Shown piece after piece: positions 59,779 through 64,000 of a DNA stretch of 64,000 nucleotides. The position numbers and the translations under genes are program-made. A model generated the notes under the pieces. That model had not been told where the DNA came from. It ran no database searches and saw only the letters and a list, made by a program, of their open reading frames with translations. The DNA is from Magallana gigas (taxonomy: Eukaryota). Positions within the stretch are counted from its first letter, which is position 1. The number at the start of each line of letters is the position of its first letter. The stretch is from positions 7,192,001 through 7,256,000 of the forward strand of contig NC_088857.1 of NCBI RefSeq assembly GCF_963853765.1, in the 5' to 3' direction.

Positions 59779-59851
59779 GCAGAACTGTAGCTCTATGGGA
59801 GAATTAGGTTGATAAGCGTAGAACCAAATTTCCTGTAGAGCTACAGTTCTG
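59779..59851. repeat. Short inverted repeat (probable tiny MITE)
   Basis: gcagaactgtagctcta ... tagagctacagttctgc, a 17-bp perfect stem around a spacer of about 39 nt. Confidence 0.7.
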
Positions 59852-60102
59852 CTGCTAGATGATTTACAAAATATGGTAAATGCATATATACATGTACATA
59901 TGCAGTAAAAGGTCTTCAGAAACAGGAGTAACAAACAACGTATGACAATCATAATCTCTGAAAAAAAGAAGGAAGTTTTTTCCCCATAATGTTATGTATA
60001 TTGCATAACAATTATTTTTGAAAGTTCTGAACACTTAATAATTGAATAATTATGTAAACATTTGGTTTCCGCCAATGTTACATGTATTTCTATCGAATTT
60101 CT

Positions 60103-60300
60103 TTACACTGACGAGTGACGACACTTCAAGACAAATGGAAACTCATAATCAATATCTGAGCCACAAAATTTACACAAACGATTTTCTTTTGTTACACTCC
60201 TGTGTCGACCACCTCTAGTTGCAAGTCCTGGAGATGACCATTTTTCATTATCAATATCAGGGATTGTTTTTGTTGCCAACATTAAACAAAGTACTGAAGT
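60103..60300 (-). mobile_element. LINE (RTE-X-like) 3' remnant
   Basis: The translation GRHRSVTKENRLCKFCGSDIDYEFPFVLKC resembles the CxxC...E.H...C zinc-knuckle tail of such RT ORFs. Confidence 0.7.
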
Positions 60301-60555
60301 ACTGACAGGAGTTGATTTCATCGATTATCATTTATTTTAGAATCAACTTATTTTGCTTGGCAATTAGTTTCTAGTCTGTATTTGAATTACGCACATTTTT
60401 ATTATATGAATTTTTTAGACTTTTCTGACAAGAATTTCGAGAAACCCCATATGAATCATGTTGTGTAATATTTAAAGATAGATTTCAAACTATGTATTAG
60501 TAATCGAAACAATTCTAAAAATCGTGTGGATCCAAGTACTATTGATATCGAACTC

Positions 60556-60665
60556 TAGTCTCGTTCAACCAGACGACTGTCTCCGTTAATCTCCGACAAG
60601 CAAGAGAGCCTCTCTGCTTGTCGGAGATTTACGGAGACAGCCGAGCGCCTGGTTGAACGAGACTT
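60556..60665. mobile_element. 110-bp palindromic MITE
   Basis: tagtctcgttcaaccag...ctccgacaagca-agagagcctctc-tgcttgtcggag...ctggttgaacgagact is a near-perfect hairpin. Confidence 0.85.
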
Positions 60666-63600
60666 TATTAAACTCTGGCGTAGGAACACATGAGACTACA
60701 AAAATATCTAAATTGTTCGTATTATATAAATCTGACTATTTTCAAAGTGTTTATACATAAGTTTCCTTGAAAAACAATGCTTCAGCATACATAACATCGA
60801 ATTTTTCTATTATTTTCAAGAACTAAGTCTTGTCAGCGGTGATGATTTGTGCTTAGGTCCAAACACTGTTTCACTTTCGGTTTGCCAGAGTAACTGCATG
60901 GGAGAGTTGATTAAAATCAACTCCCAAAAAATGGTCAATTATATTACACGTAATTGCATCTAAAAATCATACATGAAGGTGATAGTTGATTCGTTATAAC
61001 GAGATTTTGGATAATCTTTACATTCTAAGTAAGTGAAAAATGAGTTACACAATGAGCATATTCCTGATCACACCAAATTTGAATCAGGACAATTTTAAAT
61101 AATTTGTTCTTGAAAGTACACGTGATAACCCAGTTTTCTAACAAGTGATAAATAGTTCATTCACATTCAACGCACCATTTTATAACAAGATTTCTAGATA
61201 TAATTTTGGCTATATAACACTTTATGATAAAATAACTAAAGCTATCGTAAATGTTTTCTCCCATTTCAAAAAAATAAACCATTACAGTATTTGAATTTTC
61301 CTTGCACTTAACTTAATAAATTTTAAATGTGTTTTGTCAAGATAATATTTCACACCCACATAAAGTTAGAATGCTAGCAATAGTATCAAATATTCCCAAC
61401 AATATTTCTGTAAACGGGCGTACACAATTAAATTGTTTTCGATTTTAGCTTTTGGCCTTTCTCAGTATAACTTGACTTGCTTACTGTTTTAATGTTTTGT
61501 TCAACTTTTTACTGTATTTGTAATAAAAGACCAGAAATATGTCGAGAAATATAAACTCGTCATTTAAATGACATCACTCATTATTACAAATCTGACCCCT
61601 ATTTCTAAATATATGCTGTATTTTGTACTATACCAGACTGAGTGTAGAACTTTTATGTGCTGCTTTATGTCGGGATGTCTACACTTGCTAGCTACAATAG
61701 TACGTAGCATACATGTACGTCTGATCCTATCCACTGCAGTACAATCGATCGAACAAGATTATCATTCTGGGGCTAAATCATTACTTAGTGCCTGGTATCT
61801 AGGTTAGACTTAATCCGACCTTCCTTCAGGATTAACACTGGGCGGAATGACATGTAAAACTGCTTTGATGCGTAGTAAGGGTTCCACCTGATGTACATGT
61901 TGTAATGCCCTACAAGTTGTGCAATGTTTCAATATAAATAGAACAAACAAAACAGATATATATGTTTTGCTAAACAGTAAACAGATTTTTATAGCTCTGT
62001 TTATCGTGCATAGTTAGATCAAAATGGGTTTCAAATACAAAAACATGACCGATTTTGTAGCGACCTTGTAATGAAATAAACTAATTTAATAGTCAAAACG
62101 GAATTGCTGATGAGCAACTTTTGAAGAAAAAAAAATGATTTTTTTTTAGCGGAAAGAATATTTTAGTAGCATATCCCCGACGGTAGCTTTAGAACTGTCG
62201 CTCACTCGTCTGAAACCAGTGTCAAAAAATCCATATTAAGTTGCAGATCTGCAGCTAATTCAAACTTAAAGTACTGAAAAAACACACATTTATAAAGGAA
62301 CAGGTTTTGTGTGAAAGGGAACACCAAACCTTGAAAAGCAAGTTCATATGTAATTTGGATTTTTGTGTAAAAAATAAAGAATGTTTATTCATCAATCAAG
62401 GGTCCTCAAGGGACATATTATACCTAACAATCGATAATATAATCGTGATAAATAGTGTTGCATTTAAAACTGGGAAACATTGTCCAGATCTACACATTTC
62501 AAAATTTTCATTAAGATTTATAAGTAAAATGATTCACACAAAGCAATGTGTATTGTGTTTTCGGTTTTTATCACAAAACTGGTTAACACCAATATCAGGT
62601 TTAAGGATCACTTTATGTATAAATAGATATCGTTGTACTGTATCATATACATGTGTACATTAAATCCATGTACATGTTCATCCAGTGTGTTAAAATACCA
62701 TGTATTATTTGTTGGATCTTTGCCAATTAATGAAATACTGTTTTACATGTGTGTGCATGTACACATACACCTCTCTGCATATTGTGTCGACCACAGAAGA
62801 GGATAGGTGGTCATTAAATCAGACATCAGATCTTACTTGAATTTTTATCTATTTTTATTTTTAGCAATAAAATATTATATTTTAGTAAAAGAAAAAATCC
62901 ATATATTCTCCTTTTTCAATTTGGACATTTTCCTATAATTTTATACATGTACATATGTATGTAGAGCTCTCCTTTTAGAGGAGGTCAATATAATCTAAAG
63001 AAAAATACAAATGGCCCCGACTATCGAGCATTCTTAATTAAACAATAAAGTGCTTTCTTTTGTGATTTATGGGGCAGAGACATAAATAACAGAGAGAGCC
63101 AACTCCGCCATGAACGTGTTTTGCCAGAGTCGTTAAAAATGTTGCGGGACCAACCTACGTATTAATAAATTGATAATTATATTGATCTATAAACCAAAAG
63201 TATATTCAATATATAATGTATATATATATATAATCAATATATATAAAAAAAGAAAAAAAGAAAAAAAAAGATACATGCATAGTGGCCATGGTTATTTTAT
63301 ATTTTTAACCCTTTAGAATCGTCAAAGAATTTTATTGTTTATATTTACGTCTTTTATCAACAAATAAACAAATTGGTCGAAAAAAAGTAAGAAAAATTAA
63401 CTAAAGTATTGTAACTAATGTACACCAGTGCGATGGATGAAAGAAACAGCCAAAATCGTCTTCTGTGGAAACTTGAGACTGACATCATCATAATTTTGTC
63501 GTACAGACCGTGATTATTTTTTTTTTGGGGGGGGGGGGTGTCAGGTCGATGTATGTTTCGATCAATCGATAAAAAGGGTGTGTAGATTTCAGTCCTCTCA

Positions 63601-64000
63601 GTTTATAAAGAGCTATATGATTTACAATCAATTTCCGTAAGAAATAGAGGGAATCATACTCCGAGTCGGTAGATGCAAATACATGATCAAATTCTGTGTA
63701 GTTAGAGAGTTGTATTTTATTTTATTGAGTTAAAAGTCCTTAAATTACATGTACATATTATAGAGGGGTAATTAATTAATTAAATTAAGGAAACAAGACC
63801 CTGTCGTTAATATGGACCAAGCCTGTTTTGACATTCAGCTGTGAATTACAATTAATTTCCGTGAGAAAGAGAGAGATCTTACTTGGTGGATGTAAATATA
63901 TACAAAGTTTGTCTTATCTTTTAGTACCAGTGGTAACAATATATATTATTTTTTAAACAGTCGTGTTAACTGTGGTTTTTTCGTGTACCTCATTTACAAA

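Noticed and set aside
60700-64000. Possible gene in the last 3 kb
   Set aside because: It has only AT-rich ORFs without motifs and no consistent exon chain. It looks like intergenic DNA with decayed repeats.

Overview
AT-rich, intron-containing animal genomic DNA. The repeat families suggest a bivalve, probably a Crassostrea/Magallana-type oyster (inference). Splicing exons by hand gave six intact multi-exon genes with consistent GT-AG phases: DLAT (+, 420-6518), a divergent forkhead transcription factor (-, 8794-12976), TM7SF3 (-, 16302-22671) head-to-head with UMPS (+, 22945-31185), POLR2D (-, 32218-39416), and a 12-exon gene (-, 53106-58072). The last gene fuses a signal peptide and a six-bladed Kelch propeller to a five-TM, four-His cytochrome b561 domain. 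Two short, possibly related type II membrane-protein reading frames lie at 43.8 kb and 52.6 kb. The rest is non-autonomous DNA transposons (TTAA-ended, hairpin, Foldback/MULE-like and Helentron/HINE-like), LINE remnants, a SINE and satellites. The most notable observations are the Kelch-cytochrome b561 fusion and three minisatellites that have each expanded on a splice site. All coordinates were counted by hand and no database searches were run.
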